From assembly GCA_963759145.1 (NCBI GenBank), contig CAVWYB010000035.1, forward strand, positions 32,824 to 96,823: a stretch of DNA of 64,000 nucleotides. The letters run 5' to 3'. Shown here piece by piece: positions 28,348 to 37,753 of this stretch; position 1 is the stretch's first letter; the number at the start of each line of letters is the position of its first letter. A model generated the notes under the pieces. It was given only the letters and a program-made list of their open reading frames with translations, was not told the origin of the DNA and did not search any database. Both the position numbers and the translations under genes were made by a program. The DNA comes from an uncultured Solirubrobacterales bacterium. Lineage in GTDB: Bacteria; Actinomycetota; Thermoleophilia; Solirubrobacterales; JBBDJG01.

Positions 28348-30662
28348 CTATCTCCTCACGTCCTCGCAGCCAACGACCTGGTCGAGCGCGTCCACGTCGG
28401 CGCGGTCCCTTCCGGCCCCGCAGTCGATGACATCGCGCAGGCCGTTGTTGGCGGCCTGGACGTAGTCGTCGCCGGCTCCTCCCAGGAACTGGTTCTGGCC
28501 GAGGTTGTCCTCCAGGTAGTCGTTGCCGCTTCCGCCCTCGAGCACGTCGTTGCCGAAGTTGCCCTCGAGATGGTCATTGCCCTCGCCGCCGAGCAGGTGA
28601 TCGTTGCCCCGCCGGCCGTACAGGCGGTCCACGCCGTTGCCGCCGTCGAGCGTGTCGTTCCCCTCGTCGCCCTCGAGATGGTCGTTGCCGTCGAGCCCGG
28701 ACACGAAGTCGTCGCCGGGGCCGCCAAGCATCAGGTCGGCCGCCGGCGTGCCGGTCAGCACGTCGTTGCCCGGGCCGCCGATGATCACGGAATCGTTCGT
28801 CTCGTTCGGGTCGGTGAGCTCGGGCGGGACCGGCGTGACGGTCTCGCAGCCCTCGAGCGCATCGACGGTGGGCATGGCGTCCGACACGTACACGGTGTCG
28901 CTGCCGGATCCGCAGTCGACCGTGTCGCGGTCGCCGTCGTTCACGTAGATCGTGTCGTCGCCCGCGCCGCCCAGGACCCGGTCCACCCCGGTTCCCGCCC
29001 GCACCGTGTCGCTGCCGTCGCCGGCGCTCGCGTAGTCGTCGCCGGAGCCGCCGTCGAGCTGGTCGTCGCCCGCGCCACCGTAGATGCGGTCGCGGTGCTG
29101 CTGGCCCTGGATCACGTCGTTGCCCTCCTGGCCGAGCAGCCGGTCGCCCGCGCGACCGCCCTGCAGCGCGTCGTCGCCGGTGCCCGCGTACATGCGGTCG
29201 ACGCCGCCGCGGCCAATCAACGTGTCGATGCCGTCGTCTCCGTAGATGAGATCCCCGGCGCTGTTGCCGTCGATCCGGTCGTTGCCGGGGCCGCCCGCGA
29301 GCTGGTCGCGCCCGAGCCCGGACTCGATCAGCTTGTCGTCGCCGTCGCCGCCGAAGGCCTTGTCGTCGGCGTCGCCCGGGTCGATGTAGTCGTTCCCGGC
29401 GCCGCCCTCGAGGAAGTCGTTCGAGTTGCCGCCGGTCATGTAGTCGTTCCCGTCGGAGCCGGTCACGCGATCGCGGCCGAACCCGCCGAACGCCCGGTCG
29501 TCGCCGGGACCGCCGTCGAGCTGGTCGTCGCCGATGCCCCCGGTGAGGAAGTCGTTGCCCTCGCCGGCGTCGAGCACGTCGTTGCCGCGAAATCCGTCGA
29601 GGCGGTCGTCGCCCGCGAGGCCGCGGATCAGGTCCTGCCCCCGGTCGCCCTTCAGGATGTCCGGGCCGGGTGTGCCGACGATCAGGGAGTACCCGCCCTG
29701 CGTCGCCATCGCGACGATCCGCCGGCCCACGCGCACGCTGCCGGGCAGGCGCCGCAGCGTGTAGCCGCTCGCGAACGTGATCGTGCCGCTGCCGCCGTTC
29801 GCGATGTAGATGCGTGCGCCCGTCGGAGAGATCGCGACCGCGCCCGGTCCCCTGCCGGCCGCCACGCGCTTGACGAAGCGGCGGCGCCTGGTGTCGAGCA
29901 CGAGCGCTTTGCGCGAGCGCCTGCCCGGCGCGACGATCGCGCGGCGACCGCCCGCGAACACCGCAATGCCGCCCACAGGGCGGCGCGCGCGCACGGCTTT
30001 CACGACGCGCAGCCGCCGGGCATCGACGATCGACACGGACCGCGCGCCGGCGTTGGTGACGTACGCGCGCGTGCCGGAAGGACGCGACCGCGACGGCGTG
30101 GGGGCCGCGCCCGACCTTCAACGTCTTCAGCACTCGGAAGGCGACCAGGTCGACCACCGCGAGCCGGCGGGCGCCTGCCGTCACGTACGCGCGCGTACCG
30201 TCGGGAGAGAGCGCGATCGCGCCGGGTTGCCCGGCGATGCGAAGGCGAGCGGCGATCGTGCCGGTGACGAGATCGACGACCACGAGTCTTCCGCGCGCGC
30301 CGCCCGCGGTGACGTAGGCGCGCGCACCGTCGGCGGAGAGCGCGACCTGGCGCGCCAGCGCCGGCAGCGGGATGCGCTGCACGACCGTGTTGCCGGCGAG
30401 CTCGATCGTGCTCAGCAGTCCGGCCGAGCCGTCGCTCGCGACCACGTAGGCGCGCATCCCGTCGAGGCTGAGCGCGACTCCGCGCGAGGGCAGCCCCACG
30501 CCGGACGCGCCAGCACCTGCTTGCGGCCGAGATCGACCACGGCCACCTGCGGCTTGCCGGTGGTGACGACCGCGAGGCGCGCAGCGGCCGGCGCGCGGGC
30601 ACGAGCAGAGCAGCACACGCCAGCAGCGTTGGACCTGAGAGCCGAGCGAGTCTCACGGTCAC
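28348..30662 (-). CDS. secreted protein: N-terminal YVTN-type beta-propeller repeats plus a C-terminal RTX (hemolysin-type Ca-binding) repeat region; frameshifts ~30040 and 30480-30600
   Basis: Signal peptide ...LSGPTLLACAALLVPA. Repeated ...DG.RAYV(T/A)... blades (ALSLDGMRAYVVAS, ALSADGARAYVTAG, ALSPDGTRAYVTAG, ISPTGARIYIANGG). More than 25 GGxGxD-type nonapeptides follow (GGAGNDYID, GGPGNDRIDG, GGEGNDHLEG...). Confidence 0.8.
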
Positions 30663-30721
30663 TCAACGTAGCGGCGGCCCACCGGCGGGGCGTCGATTCC
30701 ACATGGGTACGATGCTTCGCC

Positions 30722-31279
30722 GTGCGTGCCGCTCGCCTCATCTTGTTCACCGCATTGTTCGCCGGGCTGGCTGGTCTCCGGCTGCGGTGACGACGAGCAG
30801 AGCAAACCCGCTCCCGTGCCCGACACGATGCGGCTCGAAAGCCCCGCGTTCAAGAACGGCCAGACGCTGCCCAGCGCGGTTCACCTGTGACGGCAATCTC
30901 GGCGGGGTCAACCCGCCGCTCGGATGGTCGAAGCGCCCGCGGGACACACAGAGCCAGGCGCTGGTCGTCACCGACCCCGACGCCCCCGGCGGCACGTTCG
31001 TGCACTGGACCGTATGGGGCATGATGGACAGGACGAGCGGCCTCGACGCCGACATCCCGCCGCTCGGCCTCCCGCAGGGAGAGAACACCGATGGCGACAG
31101 CAAGTACGCGCCGCCGTGCCCGCCCACGGGCGACCCGCCGCACACACTACGTGTTCACGATCTACGCGCTCGGGGAGCCGATCGATGCGAAGCCGGGGGC
31201 GCCGGCGGACGAGGTGATCGACAAGATCGAGCGCGCCGCCCTGGCGCGCGGCGTGCTCACCGCCACGTACGAGCGCTAG
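30722..31279 (+). CDS. YbhB/YbcL (PEBP / Raf-kinase-inhibitor-like) family lipoprotein, frameshifted (3 switches)
   Basis: LILFTALFAGLAG then SGCGDD (lipobox). FTCDGNLGGVNPPLGW, ALVVTDPDAPGGTFVHWTVWG and PPCPPTGDPPHHYVFTIYAL are the conserved PEBP blocks. Confidence 0.75.
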
Positions 31280-31434
31280 CGAGCCCCGAGAACGCAAAAG
31301 AGACGCGCCGTCCTTGGCCTTGCGGCTTCCGGTCGGCGCGTCGTGGACGGGATTATGTCCCCTCACGACGGGGAAATCAAGTGCTGTTTGAAACTTTTTC
31401 ACGCTCCGAGCGCGCGGATCCACGCCCAGACGTT

Positions 31435-32098
31435 CTAGCTGCCAAGCACCACGGGCGGGTTGTGCCCGGGAATCACCATGTATGGGTCGAGCGCGCGGAT
31501 CCGCTCCCACTGCTGCAGCAGCTCCTCGCGCTCGTCTCCGAAGTCCTCGGGCAGGTCCATCTGCTCGAAGTACTCGGGCAGCGGGCCGACGCAGTCCGAG
31601 GCGATCACGACCAGGCCGTCGTCGGTGTCGACCAGGAGCGAGATCAGCCCGCGCGAGTGTCCGGGCGTCAGCATCCACCGCAGTCCCGGCTCGATCTCGC
31701 CCTCCTCGCCGGTCAGCTTCGTGGTGCGCACCATGTCGAGCACGCCCTTCTCGATCGCGGTGTAGGGCGCCTCGAGCTCGATCTCGTGCACGTACACCTC
31801 GCGCTGCACGAACTCGATCAGCGCCTGCACGTGGTCGAAGTGGGTGTGCGTGAGGATCACCTTCGTCGTGTGCGGCTCGATCCCGCGCGCGCGCAGCGAG
31901 CCCGTCACCGGCGCGCCCTGCATCATCACGCCGGGATCGACCACGTAGTTCTCGCCCGCCCGCACGAGGCAGGCGTTCGGAATCGCGATCATGCCCGCCA
32001 CCTTGCCCTCGGCCTGCAGGCGCTTGTAGACCTTGAAGCCCTCGGCGGAGCTCGACGACCGGCTGCGGCTCGGCGCGCCCGTCCTCGAGCGCGAACAC
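31435..32098 (-). CDS. MBL-fold metallo-hydrolase, one frameshift ~32030; start uncertain (32098-32165)
   Basis: VILTHTHFDHV (HxHxDH), MLTPGHSRGLISLLV and the C-terminus IPGHNPPVV. Confidence 0.75.
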
Positions 32099-32169
32099 GA
32101 AGCGCTGGGCGGGAAGGAGGATCTCGACGGAGTGGGCCAGGGCGGCAGGAAGCCTATCTGCCCGAACGA

Positions 32170-32195
32170 CCGAGGGCGCCTTTCGGCGCCCTCGG
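32170..32195 (-). terminator. perfect 11-bp stem hairpin with a TTTC loop
   Basis: CCGAGGGCGCC-tttc-GGCGCCCTCGG lies 25 nt downstream of the reconstructed stop (32221) of the minus-strand gene. Confidence 0.6.
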
Positions 32196-32220
32196 GTGCT
32201 GATGCAAACGTGTCGCCGGG

Positions 32221-32666
32221 CTAGCTCGGCACGGCGGCGTGCGGGGCGGTGCTCGAGGTGTACTCGAACTCCTCCTCCGCGCCGAAGATCCGGTCGAGGA
32301 GGCCTTGCGCGCCCCCTCGGAAAGGATCAGCGCCGCGGCGGCGCCGAGGATCACGAGCATCAGAAGCTTGCGGCCCCGGTGACGGCGCCGCTTGCCGCGG
32401 AGCTGCTCGGTCGCCTGCTGCAGCGAGTCCGCAGTCTTCCGTAGGTCCTTCTGGAGCTTCTTGTCCTCGACGAGCGCCCGGGCGGGGCCCTTGCCGTTCT
32501 GCATCCGCTTGTACGCCTTTCGAGCGGACTCGAATGCGGAGCGGACGTTCTCGCGCAGCTCGGGGTCTTCGACGAACCGCTGCACGTATGCGTTCTGACG
32601 TGCCTGGTACGCCGCCCTGCCCGCCTTGCCGGCCGTCTGTCTTGCGGCCTTCGTTCTTCCTGCCAT
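32221..32666 (-). CDS. hypothetical protein with a coiled/charged N-region and one C-terminal TM segment; one frameshift ~32310
   Basis: GGGAGAGG RBS. MAGRTKAARQTAGKAGRAAYQARQNAYVQRFVEDPELRENVRSAFESARKAYKRM...KLLMLVILGAAAALIL, then GLLDRIFGAEEEFEYTSSTAPHAAVPS in the next frame. Confidence 0.5.
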
Positions 32667-32753
32667 GCCTCTCCCTCGTCGTTAGAAAGGTGGTCGGGGG
32701 AGCATATACCCGTTAAAGGGGTGGACGGCAACCCGCCGAAGTAGCCTTGGAAG

Positions 32754-34110
32754 GTGACCAGCAGGGATTCGGACAGAGGACGCAAGTCCGTCCGCAGGGT
32801 AGGACTCGTCCTGTCGGGGGGCGGGGCGCGGGGCGCATACGAGGCCGGCGTGATGTCGGTGCTGCTGCCCGCGCTCGACGATCGCGGGGAGCGGCCGAAC
32901 ATCCACGTCGGGACCAGCGTCGGCGCGATCAACGCCGCCTACTTCGCCTCGAGCCGCCACCAGCCTCCCGACGAGGCCGCCGAGGGAGGCCTGGAACGCT
33001 GGCGCGAGGTCACCAAGGGACGCGTGGTCCGCCCGATCCTGATGCGCCAGGCGCCGCTCACCTTGCTCCGCTATGCGGGCGAGATCCTGTCGCTTCCGGG
33101 CATGCGCCTGCCGAGCCTGCTCGACCCCAAGCCGCTCGTGCGCAATCTCAAGCGCTGGATCGACTGGCAGGCGGTCCACAAGAACGTCGACGCCGACGTG
33201 ACCCAGTGCCTCGCCTGCGTCGCGACCGGTGCCCGCACCGGGCGCACGGTCGTGTTCCTCGAGGGACACGGCGAGCGGGTCAGGCACAAGTCGCACGCGA
33301 TCGACTACGTCGAGACGAGGCTCGACGACCAGCACGTGCGTGCGTCGGCGGCAATCCCGATCCTGTTCCCGCCGGTGCGGGTCGAGCACCCGCGTGAGGC
33401 GCGCGGTTGGTACTTCGACGGCGGCACGCGCCTCAACACGCCGATCAAGCCGGCCCTCGACCTGGGGTCGGAGCGCCTGATCGTGATCGCGACCGACTCG
33501 GTCGCCGAGCCGACCAAGCGTCCCGGCCGCCACGAGTCCTCGCCACCCGACTTCGGCGACGGCGCCTTGCACGTGCTGCAGGGCATGCTGGTCGACCCGG
33601 TCGTCGAGGACATGCGCATCCTCGGGCAACATCAACATGTTCTTCGCCGAGAAGAACGGCCGCTCGCGAGAGCGCCGCGGGACCGAGGGGCGGCGCTCGC
33701 TCGACGCGTCCGCGCGCAAGTACCGAGAGGCCCGCGGCAAGCCGCCGTACCGCTGCATCCCGTACATCTTCATCGCCCCCGAGCGCCGCGGCGAGATCGG
33801 CCGCGTCGCGCACGCTGTCTTCAACGACCGCTACGGCGGGCTGAAGGGCCTTCGCTCACCGGATTTCCCGTTCCTGAACCGCCTGATCGGCGGCGAGAGC
33901 CCCACCCATGGCGAGCTGCTGAGCTACCTCTTCTTCGACCGCGAGTTCACCGAGGAGCTGATCCGCATGGGGCAGCGCGACGCCCGCCGCTGGCTGCGCG
34001 CGGCGCCCGGGCCGGGGGACCCCTGGCAGATCGAGCCCCTGGATGCCTTCATGTCGCCCAGCGGGCGGCGCACAGGCGCGCGAGGGAAGCTCGCCGCCGC
34101 CTCCGGCTGA
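32754..34110 (+). CDS. patatin-like phospholipase family protein, one frameshift ~33625
   Basis: GLVLSGGGARGAYEAGV (oxyanion GGGxRG), HVGTSVGAINA (GxSxG) and WYFDGGTRLNTP (catalytic Asp DGG). Confidence 0.85.
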
Positions 34111-34297
34111 GACGGCCGGACTTGACGTAGTGTCAGGTTTCAACCCGGGCGCGAGTAGCGGGCGCGAATTCGGGTAGCCTAGAACCGAGCTCATCAGCTA
34201 GGTACCCGAACGGAATTGGACTTCGGGTGGATCCGCACTGTGAGCGTTTCGCGTTTGCCGGTGGTCGGCGCGCGCAAGAAAGACATTCGGCATCGAG

Positions 34298-35146
34298 GTG
34301 ATGCCCAACCCATTGGCCGAACCCGATACTCAACTGATCGCGCTCGTCGCTGCGCCATTGCTGATCGTGGTGGTGATCGCGCTCGCAATCTTGCTGACGC
34401 GACGGCTCCGCAGCAACCGCTTGCAGGTCACCGCTCTCGACCACGAGCTGTTCGTGCACGGCCGGAGCGCCGACCGCAAGATCGGTGAGTTCAGCGGGTT
34501 CGCCCATGCGGTCGCGTTCGCCGACCGGCAGAACGGCAGGGGGCCGAAGCAGACGATGTACCTGGTGAGCGACCCGGCCAAGCCGGCTCCGATCTGGATC
34601 AGGGTGGAGGAGATCGAAGGCCTCAACCACGACCGCCGCCGGGTGGTCGGCTATGCGACCGGGACCGGGAGCGATCACGATGACCCCGCCGCGCTGAGGT
34701 CCGAGTGCCGGCGGCGGGGCTGGCATCTGGTCGAGGTGGTGCACGACGCCGGGGACCGTGCTGCGCTGCAGTTTGCACTCGAGCTGATCTCTGGCGGCGA
34801 GGCGACGTGCCTGCTGACCGTTCACCTGGACCGGCTCGCCTACACCGCTTTCGAGTTCGCGAACCTGCTCGAGTGGTTCGAGGAGGCGAACGCCTCGCTC
34901 GTGACGCTCGAACCACCGCTCGATACCTCGACCGACGAGGGCAAGCGCATGGCCCGGGTGATCACGTCGCTCGGAGAAGCCGAGCGCGCACACGCCTTGC
35001 AGAGTCTCGAGTCCGCTCCGAGCGAGCCCGCTCCGATCGAGCCCGACGAAGTGATCGTGGAGCCCGACGGCTCTGCGCTCGAGCGCAGGCTCCTCGGGTT
35101 CGGTGAGCGCGCCGTGCGCCGCTACAGGCGGCTCTCGGAAGATTGA
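34298..35146 (+). CDS. membrane-anchored protein with a serine-recombinase (resolvase) catalytic-domain-like core, apparently catalytically degenerate, no DNA-binding domain
   Basis: N-terminal TM LIALVAAPLLIVVVIALAILL. Residues ~105-225, VVGYATGTGSD...CLLTVHLDRLAYTAFEFANLLEWFEEANASLVTLEPPLDTSTDEGKRMARVITSLGEAER, align to resolvase blocks (GYaRVSt / LDRLgR / iDTST..Gr....l.a.AE.ER). R-V-S is replaced by T-G-T(GS) and the last Arg of DRLxR by Tyr. Acidic/Pro tail instead of an HTH. The stop overlaps the GT2 start. Confidence 0.65.
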   Translation: MMPNPLAEPDTQLIALVAAPLLIVVVIALAILLTRRLRSNRLQVTALDHELFVHGRSADRKIGEFSGFAHAVAFADRQNGRGPKQTMYLVSDPAKPAPIWIRVEEIEGLNHDRRRVVGYATGTGSDHDDPAALRSECRRRGWHLVEVVHDAGDRAALQFALELISGGEATCLLTVHLDRLAYTAFEFANLLEWFEEANASLVTLEPPLDTSTDEGKRMARVITSLGEAERAHALQSLESAPSEPAPIEPDEVIVEPDGSALERRLLGFGERAVRRYRRLSED

Positions 35147-36321
35147 TGAGCAACCGCACCGAGACAACGATTCCGCGTCCGCGCGGTGCCCGCTCTCACT
35201 TTGCGCCGGTGGGGTCCGCTAGGCGTGCCGGAGGCAGGCTTGCGCCGCGCCGTCCGTCCCTGCGCCAGGGCGTGACGGCAATCGTTCCCGCGTACAACGA
35301 GGCGGGCATGATCACGGACACCGTTCGCTCGCTGCACCGTCAGACCCATCCGCCCGAGGACATCATCGTGGTGGACGACTACTCCGACGACGGCACCGGA
35401 GACATCGCGGCGGTGCAGGGCGCTCACGCCGAGGTCCTGCGCCTGATGCGCTGGCGGCAGGTGACCGTCGTGCGACCACCTTCCAACACGGGGTCGAAGG
35501 CCGGGGCGCAGAACTTCGCGCTTCCCATGGTGGAAACCGAGTACTGCATGGCGCTGGACGCGGACTCGGTGCTGGAGCCGCATGCGATCGAGCTCGCGCT
35601 GGCCGCGTTCGAGGACCGGGAGGTTGCGGCAGCCTGTGGCTTCGTCGCCCCGCGCTATGTACGCACCCTCTGGGAGCGCGGGCGCTATCTCGAATATCTG
35701 TTCGCTTTCAGCTTCTTCAAGCCGATCCAGGACTATTACGGTAAGCCGCTGATCTCCTCGGGCTGCTTCTCGCTCTACCGCACGGACATCCTCCGCGAGT
35801 TGGGCGGTTGGTCGACGCGCACGCTTGCCGAGGACATGGACCTCACCTGGAGCCTGTACGAGCGTGGCCACAAGGTGCGCTTCGTGAGCGAGGCGGTCTG
35901 CTACCCGATCGAGCCGCACAACTTCAACTACATGTGGAAGCAGCTTCGGCGGTGGTCCCATGGGTTCGTGCAGAACGTCGTGCTTCACTGGCGTGGTCTC
36001 AGCCGGATCAAGTACATCCGGTCGGCGGTCGCGGTGTCGTTCACCGACGCGGCATTCGCCTCCATCGTCTATCTGGTGCTGCTGCCGCTGCTGGCGCTGC
36101 TGGCGAGCCCCTGGTTCCTGCTCGGCTATGCGATTGACATGCCGGCGATCCTGGTGCCGGTGCTGGTCGCGGCCAGGCAGAGACGTGAGATGAGGAAGGC
36201 GCTCGCGAGCATTCCGGCGTTCATCGTGCTGCGCACGGTGAACGGCATCACGATTCTGATGGCGCTGGTCCTGGAGCTCGTCCTGCGACGCTCCCACACC
36301 GTCTACGAGAAGGGGCACTAG
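35143..36321 (+). CDS. family-2 glycosyltransferase, processive beta-glycan synthase type (PgaC/NodC/chitin-synthase-like)
   Basis: TAIVPAYNE, VVDDYSDDGT, ALDADS, AEDMDLTW and QLRRWSHG (QxxRW), plus 3-4 C-terminal TM segments. Start is TTG 35143 or ATG 35146. Confidence 0.9.
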   Translation: MMSNRTETTIPRPRGARSHFAPVGSARRAGGRLAPRRPSLRQGVTAIVPAYNEAGMITDTVRSLHRQTHPPEDIIVVDDYSDDGTGDIAAVQGAHAEVLRLMRWRQVTVVRPPSNTGSKAGAQNFALPMVETEYCMALDADSVLEPHAIELALAAFEDREVAAACGFVAPRYVRTLWERGRYLEYLFAFSFFKPIQDYYGKPLISSGCFSLYRTDILRELGGWSTRTLAEDMDLTWSLYERGHKVRFVSEAVCYPIEPHNFNYMWKQLRRWSHGFVQNVVLHWRGLSRIKYIRSAVAVSFTDAAFASIVYLVLLPLLALLASPWFLLGYAIDMPAILVPVLVAARQRREMRKALASIPAFIVLRTVNGITILMALVLELVLRRSHTVYEKGH

Positions 36322-36662
36322 TGAACGGCAGCCCTCCGACCCTCGGGATCGGCGTCCTGTTCTTCGTCTTGTGTGCCCTGGCGATGCCGCTGATCGAGTT
36401 GTGGCACACGCTCCATGGGCGCAGCAGCGCCGCCAGATGGCGTTTCGTCGTCCAGCAGGTGTTGGTGGCGCTGGGCATCCTGGCCGTCGTGGTCGTCGGG
36501 CTCTGGGCGCTCCAGCACTACACCGATCTGGCCATCGACAGCCATACCGGCCTGATGGTGGCGCTGGTCGTGGCATTGGTACCGCCGGCCTTCGTTGCGC
36601 TTATCCTTGCCGGCGCAGGGCTCGCCCTGATCGGGCGAAGCATCACCCGCCGCGCCCTCTAG
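36321..36662 (+). CDS. small polytopic membrane protein (3 TM), hypothetical
   Basis: 113 aa. GTG start overlaps the GT2 stop (TAGTG). Three hydrophobic segments (GIGVLFFVLCALAMPLI, VLVALGILAVVVVGLWAL, LMVALVVALVPPAFVALILAGAGLALI). Confidence 0.6.
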   Translation: MNGSPPTLGIGVLFFVLCALAMPLIELWHTLHGRSSAARWRFVVQQVLVALGILAVVVVGLWALQHYTDLAIDSHTGLMVALVVALVPPAFVALILAGAGLALIGRSITRRAL

Positions 36663-36691
36663 AAACTCTGCGTCTCGCGGAGCGAGGCCTT

Positions 36692-37753
36692 TTGAAACGG
36701 ATTACGCTCAAAACGGATTGGGGGACCGGCGTCGGGCTGGCGTGTATCGCCTTTGTGCTGTGTCTCGTCCTCGCGGCGGAGACGTCAGCGGCGCCCAAGG
36801 TCGTGGGCTACGTCTCCTACTGGGACCAGGCCCGCGCGATGCAGACGCTCAGTGCGAATCCGGGCACGTTCTCGACGATCAGCCCGTCCTGGTTCGCGCC
36901 GGGGCCGCGCGGAGGAGTGATAGTCCAGGAGCCCTCCGTCGACGTGGACCCGGCGCTCGTGCACCTCGCCCACAGCCAGGGCGCGAAGGTCATGCCTGCG
37001 ATCGCCAACTATCAGGACCGCGAGTGGAGCTCAGTGGTCGTGAGCCGCGTGCTCAACGATCCGGAGCTACGCGATCGTCATGTCGGGGCGATCGTGGACC
37101 TGGTCGACTACCTCGGTTACGACGGGATCGACGTCGACTACGAGCATCTGCCGGCCGAGGACCGCGATGCGCTCACGACGTTCGTCACGGAGCTCTCCGC
37201 CGCGATGCATGCCAAGGGCAAGCGCGTCTCGGTCGTCGTGCACCCGAAGCGGTCGGAGCCGGGGCCCCAGCCGAAGAACCAGGCACAGGACTACGCCGCG
37301 CTGGGAGCGGTCGCCGACGAGGTGCGCGTCATGCTGTACGACCACAGCTGGGAGACCTCGCCACCCGGACCGGTCGCCCCGCTCGACTGGGTGGAGGACG
37401 TGATCCGCTTCGCGGTCACCCAGATTCCCGCTCACAAGGTCGTGCTCGGCGCGCCGCTCTACGGCTACGACTGGCCGTTGGGGCGTCCGGGCGAGTCGGT
37501 GATGTGGCAGGACCTGCCGTTCGCGCGCCTGGGGGCGCTGTGGCCGCAATTGGACCCGGCCAGCTCGTCGCCGTGGTTCACATACGTGAGCGGCCTCACC
37601 ATGCACACGGTCTGGTTCGAGAACGCGCAGAGCACAGCCGCGAAGCTGTCCCTCGTGCGGCGGTACGGCCTCGGCGGCGTGCATTTCTGGCGCCTCGGTG
37701 GAGAGGATCCGGCCACCTGGCCGACCGTGCGAGCCGCGTTCGCTGCCCCTTAG
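36692..37753 (+). CDS. secreted glycoside hydrolase family 18 (chitinase-like)
   Basis: Signal/anchor GVGLACIAFVLCLVLAAETSAA. Catalytic motif YDGIDVDYE (DxxDxDxE). TIM-barrel blocks VVGYVSYWD, KVMPAIANY, LGAPLYGYDW and GGVHFWRLGGED. TTG start 36692 is inferred from frame and RBS. Confidence 0.85.
   Translation: MKRITLKTDWGTGVGLACIAFVLCLVLAAETSAAPKVVGYVSYWDQARAMQTLSANPGTFSTISPSWFAPGPRGGVIVQEPSVDVDPALVHLAHSQGAKVMPAIANYQDREWSSVVVSRVLNDPELRDRHVGAIVDLVDYLGYDGIDVDYEHLPAEDRDALTTFVTELSAAMHAKGKRVSVVVHPKRSEPGPQPKNQAQDYAALGAVADEVRVMLYDHSWETSPPGPVAPLDWVEDVIRFAVTQIPAHKVVLGAPLYGYDWPLGRPGESVMWQDLPFARLGALWPQLDPASSSPWFTYVSGLTMHTVWFENAQSTAAKLSLVRRYGLGGVHFWRLGGEDPATWPTVRAAFAAP

Noticed and set aside
28400-29700. 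Strong ~27-nt periodicity that could be mistaken for a tandem repeat or CRISPR-like array
   Set aside because: The periodicity is that of degenerate RTX nonapeptide codons inside one long ORF. There are no identical direct repeats with unique spacers, and no CRISPR array anywhere in the window.
28336-30267. 643-aa plus-strand ORF antisense to the RTX/beta-propeller gene
   Set aside because: It is a mirror ORF of the repeat-rich gene. Its Val/Ala/Gly-rich repetitive translation shows no motif, whereas the minus strand gives canonical GGxGxD nonapeptides and propeller blades.
32754-34110. Patatin-like phospholipase as an effector of a CBASS-type defence system
   Set aside because: No cyclase (CD-NTase), no other signalling or sensor gene and no second effector is adjacent. 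The neighbours are a hypothetical stress-like protein and the polysaccharide operon.
34298-35146. Reading the resolvase-like gene as a functional invertase or phase-variation switch, or as a mobile-element recombinase
   Set aside because: It has an N-terminal TM helix and no HTH or DNA-binding domain, and the key catalytic residues appear substituted. No pair of inverted repeats brackets a promoter; the only one is a short imperfect repeat at 34172..34207. The gene is translationally coupled to a glycosyltransferase rather than sitting at an element border.
34133-36576. Minus-strand ORFs 34133..35167 and 35122..36576 opposite the resolvase-like and GT2 genes
   Set aside because: The plus strand carries unmistakable resolvase-like, GT2 (QLRRW) and TM motifs and coupled start/stop overlaps. 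The minus-strand translations are compositionally biased and motif-free.
37596-37753. 158-nt overlap between the 3' ends of the GH18 and DUF559 genes
   Set aside because: It is probably not a real overlap. The conserved DUF559 sequence ends near 37760, and the Arg/Ala-rich tail looks like read-through caused by a missed stop or indel. I kept it as an annotation caveat only.
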